A stretch of 64,000 bases of DNA from Ophelia neglecta (GCA_965285935.1 OZ260664.1:101618001-101682000); one strand, 5' to 3'. Counted from the first letter of the stretch, positions 24,077 through 37,374 are shown. Numbers and translations are program-made. Notes: a model not told the origin generated them from the letters alone.

Positions 24077-24957
24077 ATGCCGAAAGAGAAGGCCGCAAAA
24101 CCCGGTAAGAAGGCTAGGAAGGCTCAGGCTGAGCCTGAGGACACGGACAACCCGTTAGCTCTCGTCCTCGCCAGTCTCGACCAAATAAAGGAGGCACAGG
24201 CTGAAACCCGAAGGGACTTAGAGCAACTCGCCGTCAGAACAAGAGCCTTAGAAGGAGAAGAGCCACTTCAGATAAGTAAAACCTCTTCTAACCCGCCCCA
24301 GCCTAAGTCAGACTCACAAACCGGGCCTATTAACCAGCTCCCAAAGCCATCTGCCTTGGCAGAGCAGTACCTGAGCGAGGAGGGTCTGTTTTCCGATGAC
24401 GAGGGTGAGGACAGGCAACAGAAACAGAAAAAAAGTGGGTATAACAAAACGGCCCATGACAGAATTGTTAGACAGGTAGATTGGCCCCATCACTTCGTAC
24501 AAAGGCAGGGGGGAAGTCCAGCTAGGTACGATAGCTTGACGATGCCGGAATTCGTGTATTACCCGTCCCGACAAGACGCGTCTTGATCTACCTCCGATCC
24601 CTCATGGACGACGCGTCGGAGCTCGACTGGACCGTGGTTCGGAATTCGCACAGACAGGTCCTTCACAGTATCGAGCACGGGTACGCCGACTGGTCGAGCG
24701 AGGAACAGATCAATAGCATACGCGAAGCAGCGATCAGGCGGTCTCAGCGCCACCGTCTTACCAATTCGACAGGCGGAGGGCACGCCCTTGGCGCCAGGCT
24801 CGGTTCGTCGGACAATTCGTCGGTTTCCGCGGCATGCAAGTTTTGCCTCGCAGTGACCGGCCGGAGCTACAAACACCTCGAGGCCGAATGCCGACGCCGG
24901 GCAGCAACCATGTCGCAACCAAAAAACGCGGAACTGGGGGCCCCGAAAAATCAGTAG
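24077..24957 (+). pseudogene. gag-like ORF1 of the YR element, frameshifted near 24560-24585
   Basis: MPKEKAAKP...WPHHFV...YDSLTMPEFVY, then in another frame YLRSLMDDASELDWTVVRNSHRQVLHSIEHGYADW and a C-terminal CKFC..HLEAEC. Confidence 0.75.
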
Positions 24958-26871
24958 TTCGAGGCCCCCAGACATCGTCAGCATCAACCATCGCACCCCA
25001 CCTCAACAGCCCTACCCCCGTCTCTCCGGCTCATACGACCAGGTTAGAGGATTCTTCCACGCTCGACAAGAGGCACGGATCGCTAACGCGCTCTCCCCCG
25101 AACCCGTCGCTCAGCCATGAAGATCCCTCGCCACGCTCGCGGGCTGCGACGAGCAAAACTCTCGACCACACGTTGGGACTCCGACGCCCCCAAATGTCGA
25201 TCACCGCTGCCGAGGACCATCCGGAAATGTTAAAAATCTACGACATGGTCAGGTCTAAAGGGGTCCCTAACTATCGCGGAGCAAGGGTGGCATTGTCACA
25301 AAAACTCTCCATCTTAGAGTGGAGGCGTAGATTGGCGGGTTATCGCGACTCTGGGCTGGTGGATTTTCTGTGTTACGGTTGGCCCATCGGCTACGATTCG
25401 ACTGACATTCCCCATTCCGCCACTCAGAACCACTCCTCCGCTTCACGCCACTCACCTCATATAGACGCCTACATAGCCAAGGAATTGGAGATGGGGGCGC
25501 TCGCCGGTCCCTTCCTCGCCCGGCCATTCGAGCCGTGGTTTCACACAAACCCGCTCATGACGCGGCCAAAAAGGGACAGTGACGCTCGCAGAGTTATACT
25601 AGATATGTCGTTTCCACAGGACCACAGTGTCAACAGTGGAGTCCCGCGCCTAGAGTACGATGGTGTACCATACAAGGTCACGCTCCCTACGGCGCGCCAC
25701 CTCGCGGAAACCATCGCGGCCTATGGGCAAGGCTCGCTTCTGTACAAGGTGGATCTTAGCAGAGCCTACAGGCAGTTTCGAACCGATCCCCTTGACTGGC
25801 CACTGCTCGGCATCAAGTGGGACAATCTATTCTACGTGGACCTGGCGATTCCATTTGGGGTCCGATGGGGAAGCGCAGCGTGTCAACGAACGACCGAAGC
25901 CGTTGCATATATCTGCCATAACGAGGCCGGTTCGATCATCCACCCATATATCGACGATATGGCGGGCGCAGCTCACTTTCCAGACGAGGCACGTGTTAAA
26001 TACGATCACCTGCTCGGCACCCTCCGCGATCTCGGATTGGACGCGGCCCCAGACAAATGTATACCGCCGTGTACAAAGCTCACGTGGATAGGTATCACGT
26101 ACGACACTAATCAAATGATAATGTTCGTCGAGCAAGAAAAACTCGATGAGACATTGCAGTTGTGCAGACAATGCCTCCACAAACGGTCAATCATCGAGCG
26201 GGATCTACAGTCACTCCTCGGGAAATTATTTCACGTCGTGAGCTGCGCGCCGGCCGCTCGAAAATTTGTCAACAGACTCCTGGACCTTCTCCGCGAGACC
26301 AGGGCGAGCGGACAGGCAGAGGTCTCGGACGAGGCCCGACTTGACCTCCTGTGGTTCGTTAAATGGCTGCCTCACTTCAACGGCGTGCGCCTAATACGGG
26401 GAAGGGACATCGACGGGGAGGTCGCGGTCGACTCGTGCCTCACGGGGGGAGGTGGGGTGTCGCCACAGGGCTTCTACGCGCCAGGGGATTCGTAACTGTC
26501 AATTCTCAATATCATCATTGGAATGCCTGAACCTGTTATTCGCAATTCGTCTGTGGGCCCCTCAGTGGCGCCAGTCCCACATGGCTATTTTCTGTGACAA
26601 CAGCGCCACAGTGCAGTCGCTTAACTCAGGAAGGGCGGAAGATAACCTGATTCGGGGTTGCATCAGGGAAACTTGGTTTTTGTGCGCGGCAAATGACATT
26701 GATCTGTCCGTGTTTCACAGGCCCGGCAGGGACATGACAGTGCCAGACATGCTAAGCAGGGCATACACGTCAGAGACTTGTATGAACAAATTAAATCAGT
26801 ATATAAAGGATACCGGTGGCAAGCCGACAGTAATACCGGATTGTCTTCTTGTGCCCCCAATGTTACTCTGA
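24834..26871 (+). pseudogene. Reverse transcriptase-RNase H of the YR element, frameshifted near 26480
   Basis: RRVILDMS, KVDLSRAYRQ, IPFGVRWG, YIDD, VDSCLTGGG; second frame ISSLECLN, FCDNSATV, PDMLSR. Confidence 0.9.
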
Positions 26872-26898
26872 AAACTTATACTGTACATTTTATTTCAG

Positions 26899-27932
26899 AT
26901 CATGAGCTGATTGCGCTGTGTCGGGCGGCCAGGCGACGTCAGATGGCAGCCTTTAGACCAGGGACCTGGGCCAATTACACGGGCATATTTAGAAGATATG
27001 TAAACTTCTGCCTATCCCACTCGATCGACCCGAAGAACGCATCGATAGACGAAGTCTGTGCCTTTATGGAGTCCATCGCCTCGTCAGGAACGACGTTGGG
27101 AACCATCAAGAACTACATGGCTGCCATTCGCACGCTACATAGATTCTGGGGAGTACGCACAAGCATGTTCGAGTCCTTGAAATGGGAGCTTTACGGCCGC
27201 GGTCTGGGCTACACCATTAGGTCCGGTATCGACAGGCGTCAGGCGATGCCCTTGGTGCATTTGGAGAGTCTGGTGCGGTACTGTGAACGAGAGGTATCAC
27301 GTATGCCTCTTAAGGTCGCGCTTATCTTCGGGTTCTTCGGATTCCTACGGGCATCAAATCTGGCCCCGAGAAGCGCTAACACTTTTGACCAATCTCGCAA
27401 CACCACACTGAGCGACGTGGCACCAGATGACAAGGGGATCCAGCTACGGCTTAAATGGACAAAGACAATTCAGGGCGAGAGCGACGCAACTTCCGTTCCG
27501 ATACCCAGACTCCCCGGATCGCCATTATGCCCGATAAAATCCTGGAACTGCTACGTGCGTCGCCTGCTCCCCCACGGGCCCCAGCCTTCAGACCCACTTC
27601 TTCTCACAACCGGGGGGCCCGGCGTCCCAGAGGTGATCGCACTGCCGGCGCTAAGGGCCATGTTCCGTCAGGCCCTGGTGGCGACCGGACTCTCCTCACA
27701 TCGATACACACTGCACTCGCTTCGGCGAGGGGGAGCCACTGCGAGTCACCAAGCCGGAGTGTCCATCCAGGAGATCAAGCGTCATGGAACTTGGCGGTCA
27801 GACGCCGTTAACGTTTACCTAGCCACGCAGCCAGTGGTCAATTCGAGGGTAGCGGCCGCGTTCACGCGCTTGTTGCAGAGGGCCCCGGCAACCCTTGGTC
27901 CGACGCCATCACGAGACGTTCAAACTCCTTAG
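26899..27932 (+). CDS. Tyrosine recombinase
   Basis: Open frame with catalytic set FLRASNL (R), KWTKT (K), HSLRRGGAT (HxxR), HGTWRSDAVNVY (W,Y). The 5' end is placed at an acceptor-like tttatttcAG. Confidence 0.92.
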
Positions 27933-28250
27933 GCAGACAGGCCGGTCCGCCAGAAAGTTTTTGAAACTGTTCTAGAGGTTTAAGATTATAGACTACAAGA
28001 ATCAATTTTAACAGTCACTAATGCAGATCTTCTCTGTCCAACATACAAACTCTAAGACGACAAGTACGCCCTACGTTGACAGGGTAATGAAAAAGGGATC
28101 TAAGCAGGTTTTAAAGGTTTACATGGGTGGAGGTCGTTTCGTTTATCGTACATATAATTCGATTTATACAAAGATAATCTATTATGTCACTGTTTATCAT
28201 ACTAACACTGTTTGGCGCATCTTCTCAAAACTAAACCGATCTAAATAATT

Positions 28251-28935
28251 TGGCCACTGTTCATATACGAATAAGCCTTTCATTTTTATTAAAATAAATG
28301 TTTAATGTGATGCGCCAAACAGTCTTCTGTTGACTATTACTAAATTCACAAGCAGAAATGGGTACATATAACCTCTATAGACATTTAAGAAGGAGTCCTC
28401 TTGATATTAAATGGAACTATTCACGGCATTAGCCGCGTAGTAATGTGCTGGTCATTACGGTTATGTAATGGCCTTCATTGCGGTGGGCGATTGCCTCATT
28501 CCGATGCTTACTTAATGGGAGTGGGTTGGTCCTTTGTCAGCGTGTGTCGACCGCACAGTTTCAACTATATGGGATTAGCTCTGTCGGCTTGGCAGGCCTC
28601 GTTTTCATATTCTGGCCGGGCCTCTCACGTTGTATTCCTCTCCGCGGTCACTCTGGCCCCGGTCAGCAAGGCATGCACTGGCAAATTACCCAGCCCGCCT
28701 CTCCCAGTTTTTTTTTTCCTCTTTTTATAATTGTTATGCTGTAATGGCCACTGTTCATATACGAATAAGCCTTTCATTTTTATTAAAATAAATGTTTAAT
28801 GTGATGCGCCAAAACAGTCTTCTGTTGACTATTACTAAATTCACAAGCAGAAATGGGTACATATAACCTCTATAGACATTTAAGAAGGAGTCCTCTTGAT
28901 ATTAAATGGAACTATTCACGGCATTAGCCGCGTAG
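28251..28935 (+). repeat. B1-A2-spacer-B2 terminal repeat block
   Basis: B1 (190 bp) and B2 (191 bp) differ by one A (ccaaacag/ccaaaacag). Confidence 0.95.
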
Positions 28936-28940
28936 TAATG

Positions 28941-29300
28941 ACAGATACAAAGACAGTTCTTATAATAGATGATAGTATAATAAAGGAGATTCTAATCAAG
29001 GTTACGACTACGATCACTCATCTTGTATCAAGTTCAGATATTAAATTTCTACTAGTTTATATGTATGTCTATATGCATGTTCAACACTTACCTTGCATCC
29101 ATATCCAATCTTCATCTGTAAATAGTTTGCGCTTTGTATCGTTGAACGCTCACGGGGTTAATGGTATAAGAACCAGTACTTGAATACTTTACTGAATGAC
29201 TATGATATCTTGGTGATGTCAGAACATGGTGCATTTGCTACTATGAATGTGAATTATTCAAACACGATGCATAAAGACTTTATGTCTCGCCTTGCTGCAA
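28941..29300 (+). mobile_element. Old LINE remnant (ORF1 esterase-like motif and start of APE endonuclease), continuous with 23651-23816
   Basis: TVLIIDDSIIKEI (GDS-like), then LRFVSLNAHG and DYDILVMSEH. Confidence 0.6.
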
Positions 29301-30131
29301 ACGAAATCAGTAAGCTAGATTATTGCTATCAACATTGCAAAAATACAAAAATCCAGATCACATACATTTCTAACCTTAACAATTTTAGAAACAAAAGCCG
29401 TTTTACTAAGAGGAACATGTAATTTTCCCTCTGTCGGGTGTGATTGGCGGGATCATCAAAATTACGAAATAAGTAAACGACTAGTTTCTCTTGATACCGA
29501 GAAATCAGCATTTGAATTCGAAATGGCCTTTTCCGATCCGCTCTCCAGTAGGTTTCCTTTAAGTAAGTAGTATAAAACAGAGATGCCGGCACTGTTGGTA
29601 CTGGAAGTAATAACATAGATAAGGTTTACTGTCTGGTCACAATCAACATTTCACAGATCGCAATCAACAGAACTTAGCACTGTTGTCATAAGCTGATAAG
29701 GTAAACGACAAGCTTCAGTGCCTCTCCGAGCAATAAGTGTTCTGTGGCCTAAGCAAGGCACTGATCGTTGTGCCAAGAGCAGCTCTATTTTGCTGATATT
29801 TTTCCTTATTTCGGCACCGTGTTTTTCAAGGATTGTTCTGTGGTCAATTTGATATTTGAAATATCTTAAAACCTTATGGTTATATTGCCGGTTTACTTTA
29901 CTTGCGAGTTCATCTATGTTTGGTGCGTCTCGCCGTTGTCGGGTCGGCGTCTGTCAAGCTTCATCTACATTAGAAGAGGCATGGCGGGCCTCGATCTGGC
30001 GGCAGCGATGTGTACGTATATGTAACGTTATTTGTTGATGTTTGTGTTTATGCATGCGCGCGTATATTCGTCGCGCGCATATGAGAATATTTATGTCATA
30101 GTCATGGAGGAGACATTATTAATTGGACTAA

Positions 30132-30953
30132 TGTAAAAGGGCTGAATTCCTGCTTTAGGTACGGGATGGAATCCAGCCTTGGGGATGTGTAAGTTGCACT
30201 CGCTTTTACATTATTAGACCTCATATTATCAGTAATAACACGACAGTTAAATAACTTCAACCATAAAGTTCATTTTAATCATTAAGACCTAAACTCTATA
30301 CATTACGGCCCTATACTAATGATACATGGTTTATACTTAGAAACGTGGCTAGGCCTTCCGACTTCTGCTGGCTTCAAGTTGTAGTCTAAGTTGCTCGGAC
30401 TTCTCCCTTCTTTCCTTCTGGCGTCTCGGTACGTCTTTCGCAGATGTCCTGGAGTTCTCTCGGAGCTCTCTCCCTAGCTCTGATGCCCAGCGGTATTTAT
30501 ACATCCCGTATCCACAACAGATAATCCAAACAGATCAACGATCAATACTCTGACAGCCCAAAGTCAATTCTCTTAATCTCAAGAATGACAGTCTCTCATC
30601 ACACCCTTGTTTACTTCATCAATTGTTCTGTTTTCATCGAAAGTCAATTGCTTAAGCCTTAGTTGTCACTCATCACACTTAATCTTAACAGATGATACCG
30701 GGTTATATGTGACCTTACATCTGATTTACTGGACATCATGCCTACACAAGTTTACCCGCCAAAACCATAAGTCACCTTCCCACACTTCTCCGACAACCAA
30801 TGACGGTTCAGATATACTAAATAAACGTCCCTCGCATTAACAATTAAAGACTTATAATGTTATCGATAGACATCAATAGTTCTATTATAAACATACAATA
30901 ACTTTTAGGCCTAATGTATTATATTGACATCTGATAAATATTATTCCATTACA
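30132..30953 (-). mobile_element. Probable solo LTR
   Basis: TGTAA...TTACA ends; 4-bp TSD CTAA (30128-30131, 30954-30957); minus-strand TATAAATA near 30494-30501. Confidence 0.6.
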
Positions 30954-31922
30954 CTAAACTGCTGGACCACAAAGAGCTTGTTCTTTATAGTTTTGAAATG
31001 TATTACTAAGTGTAGGGAATAATTGTCAGACCCTGTAGATGAATAACATTTCTCTGAAAGTCTAATTTAAATATGTGCTAAAAGCGAAGTTGTTCAGCCA
31101 ATATTTATTGGGCCAGTGATGGCCATATATAATTGAAGGTTCTGTGTTTTGATAATGGTAACACATTACTCTTAACCCTAAACACGTGCAAATATGAAAT
31201 GTACTGTGTATCGAAAAAAAAGTCCGAAACCACTGACTGTTAATGTGTTACAAACAACTATATGCCTAACCTATTTCGCATAGCGCGGGGGGGGGGGGGG
31301 GGCATGTTTAAGCGTTCAATAATCATTAAACAAACCATAATTGTTAGATTATTAGAAACTAAAAATAAACAAAAATACCGAAAGTATTCATGGCTTTAGG
31401 CAATAAAAACTACACACGAACTGTACATGTGATCAGTGCATGGTAGGGTATAGGACCAGCTTTATATAATGTATATTCAAAGGACGCAAAATATCCTGTG
31501 GCGGGCGGTTGGTAGTCATGACAAAGTCCCCCTAGCAGTTATTGGTTTCCAAATGGTCACATGTTTGTCGGAAAAAGTTCGAATTTTGCCCCGCCAAACT
31601 GCACACAAGATGGTCTGGATGCTTTCGACGGTCGGAACTACACATTACGATCGCAAGATTATCACTACGTGTACTTGTACTAAACAACATTTACTTCGCG
31701 TAAATGAGGAGCAGATAATGAATACAAATCAGCTCAACCTTAGCGTAAGGAAGGAAGTAAGGACACAATTCAAGGTCTCATGACAAAATACAGCTATTGG
31801 TTGGATACACTTCGGTGTTTCCTTCACTGAAATTGCCAAAGTAAGGCTTGTTTGATAGGTTTTCTAACTGGTGGTTCCTTTTAGTTCTATTATTTTTGAT
31901 ACGATGGAAACCCGTAGACGAT

Positions 31923-32984
31923 CTAGACACTGGTTCTGTCCGAATTACACAGGCGAATTTTGTGTAAATTTGTTGGCTTTCTGATAATTTTCAACATGGG
32001 GTGTCTTTTGTGACTATCATACACACTAGAATTAAAATGGTGCAAGTTCGCTTCAAGAACATTCAATATGGACATGTCGTACCGATGGCATCCCACCCAT
32101 TCCTTGCGCCAGTTGTTTTCCTCGAAGTAGCAAGATCGGGAATTAGTTGGTGCAATACAGTTTTTTTCTAACGAACAAATGTATGCCCAATATAGAACGC
32201 CTTCATAAACCTGCGGGGTGTTGTACACAAGGAATGCCCCTGCCTGAAGCATGTCCGTTTCCTTTATCTTTGCAATGTCCGTCGGAAAATATGTATAAAG
32301 CTTGGGATGTGTAACGGAAAATATATTCCTGGCTGGACGCACTAAATGGAGCATGCCTCCATTCTCCTGAGCCATAGAGAAAGGCACTGACAGATTACCA
32401 TTATCAAAGCGAACTGACGCGTCCAACCAAATTAATCCGATATCAGGGTAGTCGCTGAAAATCCACAGAAGAGTCATGAGTTTCCACGCATAATACTTCA
32501 TTTGACGCTCATGTTTTGGATAAAGGGAGAAATCAAATATTCTATAAGTAACCTGGCACCATGTCCTTACTGTTTCAGCCTCCGCTTGCTTCAGTCCATA
32601 ATCGACAAAGATGATTTGGTGTTTGGGAAAGAAATGTTGAACACCAGCCACTGCGTCCATAATCTCCTCGAAGTGGTCTGAGCTCGCCCCAGTTACAAAC
32701 ATAACGTTCTGGACGTTCGCTTTGGTCAAAGTCATGAAGCGCTTTGGTGGAAGTCCTAGCCGCGTGAGCAAATATCTGTTTACTGAGAACTGTACAGGGT
32801 GTTTGTACACTCCTGTTACCTTTCTATTGTAGACTAGAGGCAGCCTATCGGACACCTTTCTCCTGCGTGGTTTTATCTCCATCACTGTTCCGCTTTTGTA
32901 TTGCGATAAGTCGATAAAATAAAAAAAGAGACAGGCAAGGATTAAAACAAGGGCGAGACCTTTAATAACCGCCATGTTGATCAT
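31923..32984 (-). CDS. DUF1647-like type II membrane glycosyltransferase-fold protein, single coding exon
   Basis: Intact 353-aa ORF; N-terminal TM (LALVLILACLFFYFI); VTGASSDHFEE, VDYGL, YAWK, WLDASVRF, CIAP, CHRYDMSILN motifs. Confidence 0.85.
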   Translation of the reverse strand: MINMAVIKGLALVLILACLFFYFIDLSQYKSGTVMEIKPRRRKVSDRLPLVYNRKVTGVYKHPVQFSVNRYLLTRLGLPPKRFMTLTKANVQNVMFVTGASSDHFEEIMDAVAGVQHFFPKHQIIFVDYGLKQAEAETVRTWCQVTYRIFDFSLYPKHERQMKYYAWKLMTLLWIFSDYPDIGLIWLDASVRFDNGNLSVPFSMAQENGGMLHLVRPARNIFSVTHPKLYTYFPTDIAKIKETDMLQAGAFLVYNTPQVYEGVLYWAYICSLEKNCIAPTNSRSCYFEENNWRKEWVGCHRYDMSILNVLEANLHHFNSSVYDSHKRHPMLKIIRKPTNLHKIRLCNSDRTSV

Positions 32985-34477
32985 TGTTTAACAGTCAATT
33001 CTTTCTTATATAATCCGAATTTTCAAACATATGTCAAGATCTCCATTGAGTACTTAAGAGCGACTGGTCATCCATCTCATTCTTCATCGGCCGTTTTCAA
33101 TAATGTACCGCAATCCGCAAAATAATTAGCTATTCATAAAAGAATGTCTAAACAAGATTCAAAGATACATTCAATACCTCTTCCACATTAAATAATTGTC
33201 AATGAATTTGATGATCTGACGTTATATATGAATATTTCTTGTGCGATTTAATTTCCCGTATATTTAAAACGTGAAAGATTCGCGGAATTTACAGGATTAA
33301 TTTTTCTGCAGGTAATTTTCCGTATATTATTGCATAACGCCTCTGTGATCCTAATCCCTCATGCAATATTCACACATTTATTTGCACGAATTCAAGTCAT
33401 TCACGAAAATTGCACAGATTAAGTACATGAGAAATGTTCATGTTTTACAGTACCCATTTAGACATGTCAGATAACTCTTGGTGCAGACAACATTCATATG
33501 TCATATCTGTTCTTTTTATATATAATTTTTGAATAGATAGAATAGTTCCATAAGCTTTTTACAGCATTACAGAATACAAATTTGATATCATTTGCAATGA
33601 GAAGTGGTCGACAGCTTACCGTTATGCGAGTTAGAGTACAAAAGAAAAGTGTCAGTTGTCTAAAATCCACCCTGAGAGAGTCTTTGGTGAACTAAGATCT
33701 CGCTTAATTGTGCGATTATAGACGCATTTGTCTCCAAACGGAAAAAGAATGATGCCAAAGCCCATGCAAACAAGAGTGCTCATAATAAGTGTTTTGAATA
33801 CACATAATTGACATATTTTATGAAACCACCTAAGGTCTATATAATACAAAGGACTCTGAATATTTAGCATATATAAAATGATAAAACCGGAAATATGCCC
33901 AAATTGGTACTAAGATCAGGAACTTCTGTTCTACGGGACAGAAGGTATGTCTGTCTGAGAGATGAATGCACCAAATATTCAAACCAAAGCATAAATTGAA
34001 AATAGTAGGATAAATCGATGTTCCGGGGTTTATCAATGAATTTGACTGAATATAAATTGATGCTAGCTTTTCTGTGCCACCGGAAACGCGGTGGTCTTTT
34101 TTTTTCGAAAAATGTCTAAGTGTCCAAACGAATCCACAATCTATCCTCTGATTGTCGATTCCTGGAATTCATGGGTCAGGAATAATCATGGCACTACCAA
34201 TAACCGTTGCTAAGTTTTCAATATGCGTCTTACAAATGTTTTGAACAGCCAGCCTTGGTTTTTAGTAGAACAAATATATAAATATATTCCAGCCAAAAAA
34301 CTAATGTTCGTGTAAAGAATGTGCCCAGTACGTTAAATTATTCGTCGCATTACTCGAAAGTTATACATAATTTTAATATAAATTGAAACATACGGAGGAA
34401 AAGTAGTAACGCATTCTTTCAACGTATATATGTCCTAAGGCCATCGTACATTGTACTGTAATATGTCCTAAGGCCAT

Positions 34478-34654
34478 AAGGGAGTCTCCGTGGTCCAGTG
34501 GTAGCGTGCTGGACCTCCGACCTCCAAGGTCTGAGTTCGAACCAAGCTTGAGAGGGCTGTTTTCAACCTAACCTTGTGTCGGAGGAGTGATTCATCAGAC
34601 CTTCACCTCTCAAGTGTTGAAAGGGACGTTAAAACCCATACATTTAACATTTAA
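34478..34654 (+). mobile_element. tRNA-derived SINE
   Basis: A box TGGTCCAGTGG (34491-34501), B box GTTCGAACC (34535-34543), CATTTAA tail repeats, TSD CCTAAGGCCAT (34467-34477, 34655-34665). Confidence 0.85.
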
Positions 34655-35288
34655 CCTAAGGCCATCGTACATTGTACTGTAATATGTCGTTAACAAGCAG
34701 GTCGCACCGAAACACCGGGGCGGTGTTTTACAGCGCATATATTATAGCACACATATTATTATTTAGGCCATGGCCTTTTAGCAATGTGTTTGGCTTCAGA
34801 TAAAATCGAGGACCGAGAGGACAAATTAACACATACACATATATTAATACATAAATGTCAACCCGTACTTGCCCTTCAAAAAAAGGTCGTTGAAACAAAT
34901 TTAACAGATATGAGTGTGCCTGAAACAGTTTTAGAGTCTAAACTTTAACAAATATATTACTAAATGCAACTTACTCCCGATAAATTTTCTAATAAATAGC
35001 TGTTATGTCGCATCTAGTATTGGATTTTGGTATTGTTGCACTCAGTAATAACAGTGAAGGTTATGAACCAGTAGAACATGCAGTAATGTTTATTCCGAGG
35101 TCTAATCCCATGCACTCGTATACAGGTAAACTGTAATTACAATGAAAAGGAAAACATTTGAAGTTACAGGCAATATTTGAACATACAATCATTATTAACG
35201 TATCTGCGAATAAGGTAAATACATACCACCATACCGGGCTCAAAACCACGATGAAGCGACACAACATGAGGTACTAATACAGGGAATA

Positions 35289-35556
35289 ATGACACACCGT
35301 CAGTCCGCTGTTCAATTCCAATATTACAGTAAATACATTGACACACTGTCAGTCCGCTGTACAATTCCAATATTACATTCAATACATTGACACACTGTCA
35401 GTCCGCTGTACAATTGCCATATACCCCAAACACGCTAGTCCTCTGGACACACCGTCATGCCTGACTGAAGTCATGCCTGACTGACCAGGTAATGACCAGG
35501 GGGCTTGTAATGCAACATCCCGCCCAGGTAATGACCAGGGGGCTTGTAATGCAACA
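35289..35556 (+). repeat. Short local tandem duplications (~50-bp x3; ~33-bp x2)
   Basis: gacacac(c/t)gtcagtccgctgt three times; ccaggtaatgaccagggggcttgtaatgcaaca twice. Confidence 0.75.
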
Positions 35557-36859
35557 ATAGCATTCTATAGAAATATAGTTGATAAGCTGCTATCCCCCTA
35601 TACCTTCATATTTAGTGCCGTTAGAACACGTATTCAGTGACATAATTACTTACAAGTTATTCAAACTGATTTTATGAAAAGATAATAATATCATTTAGAA
35701 TGATTTTAAACCTGTAGTGTAATATACAGGTCATGATAAACTCACCTCCACGAGTTATTTCAACAAAGAATTAGACATAGAATTGGACCAAAATCCCACC
35801 ATCTACGAGAATACACATGTCCATGCAATAAAGTAATGCTGTTTGGTCCCGGAGGGCTATCCTAAGGCTAGATGTTGGCAACAACATCAGATATCTATGC
35901 AAGGAATTGAGGTCACAAACCGCAATGCACTATGTTTTATGTTTGGCTTGACTGGTACTCGTGTGGCATGATGAACCTGAAAACGGTTCATTGTTGACAT
36001 CCTGCCACCAGTTCCCTGAGGGAAGACCTCTAGCTTAGTACCTGGTCCTATCAAAAATAGGTTCTCTAATCATTATATAGGCCTAGTCCATATAGATGTT
36101 ATCAAAATCAAATATAAAAACTACAACCACAACTGTACCATTATGCGGTATCAATCTAATAGGACAAGGCGAGCGCTGTTTTAAATCGTTTTACTTGAAA
36201 TTGATGCTTGAAATGGCCCAATCGTTTGTTTACCGTTGTATGTATTGAATTGTATGTATATGACACGCTATTGATTTTCGAATCATCAACCATGTGTCAC
36301 GCTATTTACATTTTACGCAATTTAACATAAGATCAATTGTATTTACTGGCGTTGGCATAACGTGAACATAATCATATGGATTGATGTTAAGTGTGGTTCT
36401 TTGTGTACTGTGTTGAGTATAATAATTCAGACTACTTACTGAGTTAGAAGAGGGGAAGGTTTACAGGGTCTTGTTATCCCAGGTGCTGACGTTTTGACAT
36501 CCGATTCTCCTCTGACTGACAGTAGACATCATTTTACTGTATCCACTCAGTCGGCTCTTCATCTATTACTCGGTTAACACCTGCGACTGTAGTGACCCCT
36601 GTTGTCTGATGAATTCTCTTATATACTGCTTACGTAAGAGTCCTAGTGTGTCATCCTGCATGATACTATACAAATGAACTCGGCGCCTAAATCAGCACCT
36701 ACACAGAACGCTACAAGTGAACGATACAATGTGTGGCGTTCAATCCAAGTATTTTTATGCAGCATTATTTATTGTTGAATACATAAAATCGTTATAAATC
36801 TTGACAGATTAATGTAGACTGTTATTTACAATAACAACAATACAATATTTTTGGTATTT

Positions 36860-37374
36860 AGGGAGCATTCATTATTTGGTCAAGGGGGGTGGGGGCAATT
36901 AAGGTCTAGGGGCAAAATCCGACTAAAAGTTTGAAGCAAAGTGGTGAGGGGGTAAATAATTTTGAACAAGAAATCAGGGTGGGGGAGGGGGGGATATTAA
37001 TTTCTGACAATTAACGCAAAGCAAAAGTATTATAAAAATCTACAAAATACTTAGCACTGTAATAGTAAAAAATGTTCGAGCAGGTTTCACGAAAAATCGC
37101 TCGGTCGTGAAATTAAAACCCGTTAATATCCTATTTGTATGGATAGGGCTTACATATCGCTAGCCACGACGTTAAAACGCATTGAGTGTCATTTTTGCAC
37201 AAGGGTGAATTAAAACCCAGGCAAAGTTTTCAGCACTACAGTATATAATGAATGTAAATAAGAAAGGAAAGGGGGGGCATTTTTCCAAAAGGTCTAAGGC
37301 CGTATCTTACTTTAAACATACAATTTTTCTGAAATTGTCTCCCCCCCCCCCCAGACAAATTAATGAATTTCCCT
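36860..37374. mobile_element. Degenerate TIR element (MITE)
   Basis: AGGGAGCATTCATTATTT..GGGGG / CCCCC..AAATTAATGAATTTCCCT. Confidence 0.55.

Larger units (their letters stand above)
23817..28940 (+). mobile_element. Full-length tyrosine-recombinase retrotransposon with split direct repeats (Ngaro/PAT type, DIRS order)
   Basis: A1 23817-24065 ... B1 28251-28440, A2 28441-28689, B2 28745-28935; gag, RT-RNase H and YR ORFs in that order. Confidence 0.95.

Noticed and set aside
31923-32984. DUF1647-like gene as a functional partner of the GREB1-like glycosyltransferase
   Set aside because: It is a membrane-anchored secretory-type protein, and adjacency in an animal genome is not evidence of a shared pathway.
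34478-34555. Functional tRNA gene
   Set aside because: It continues into a SINE body and tail and is flanked by a TSD.
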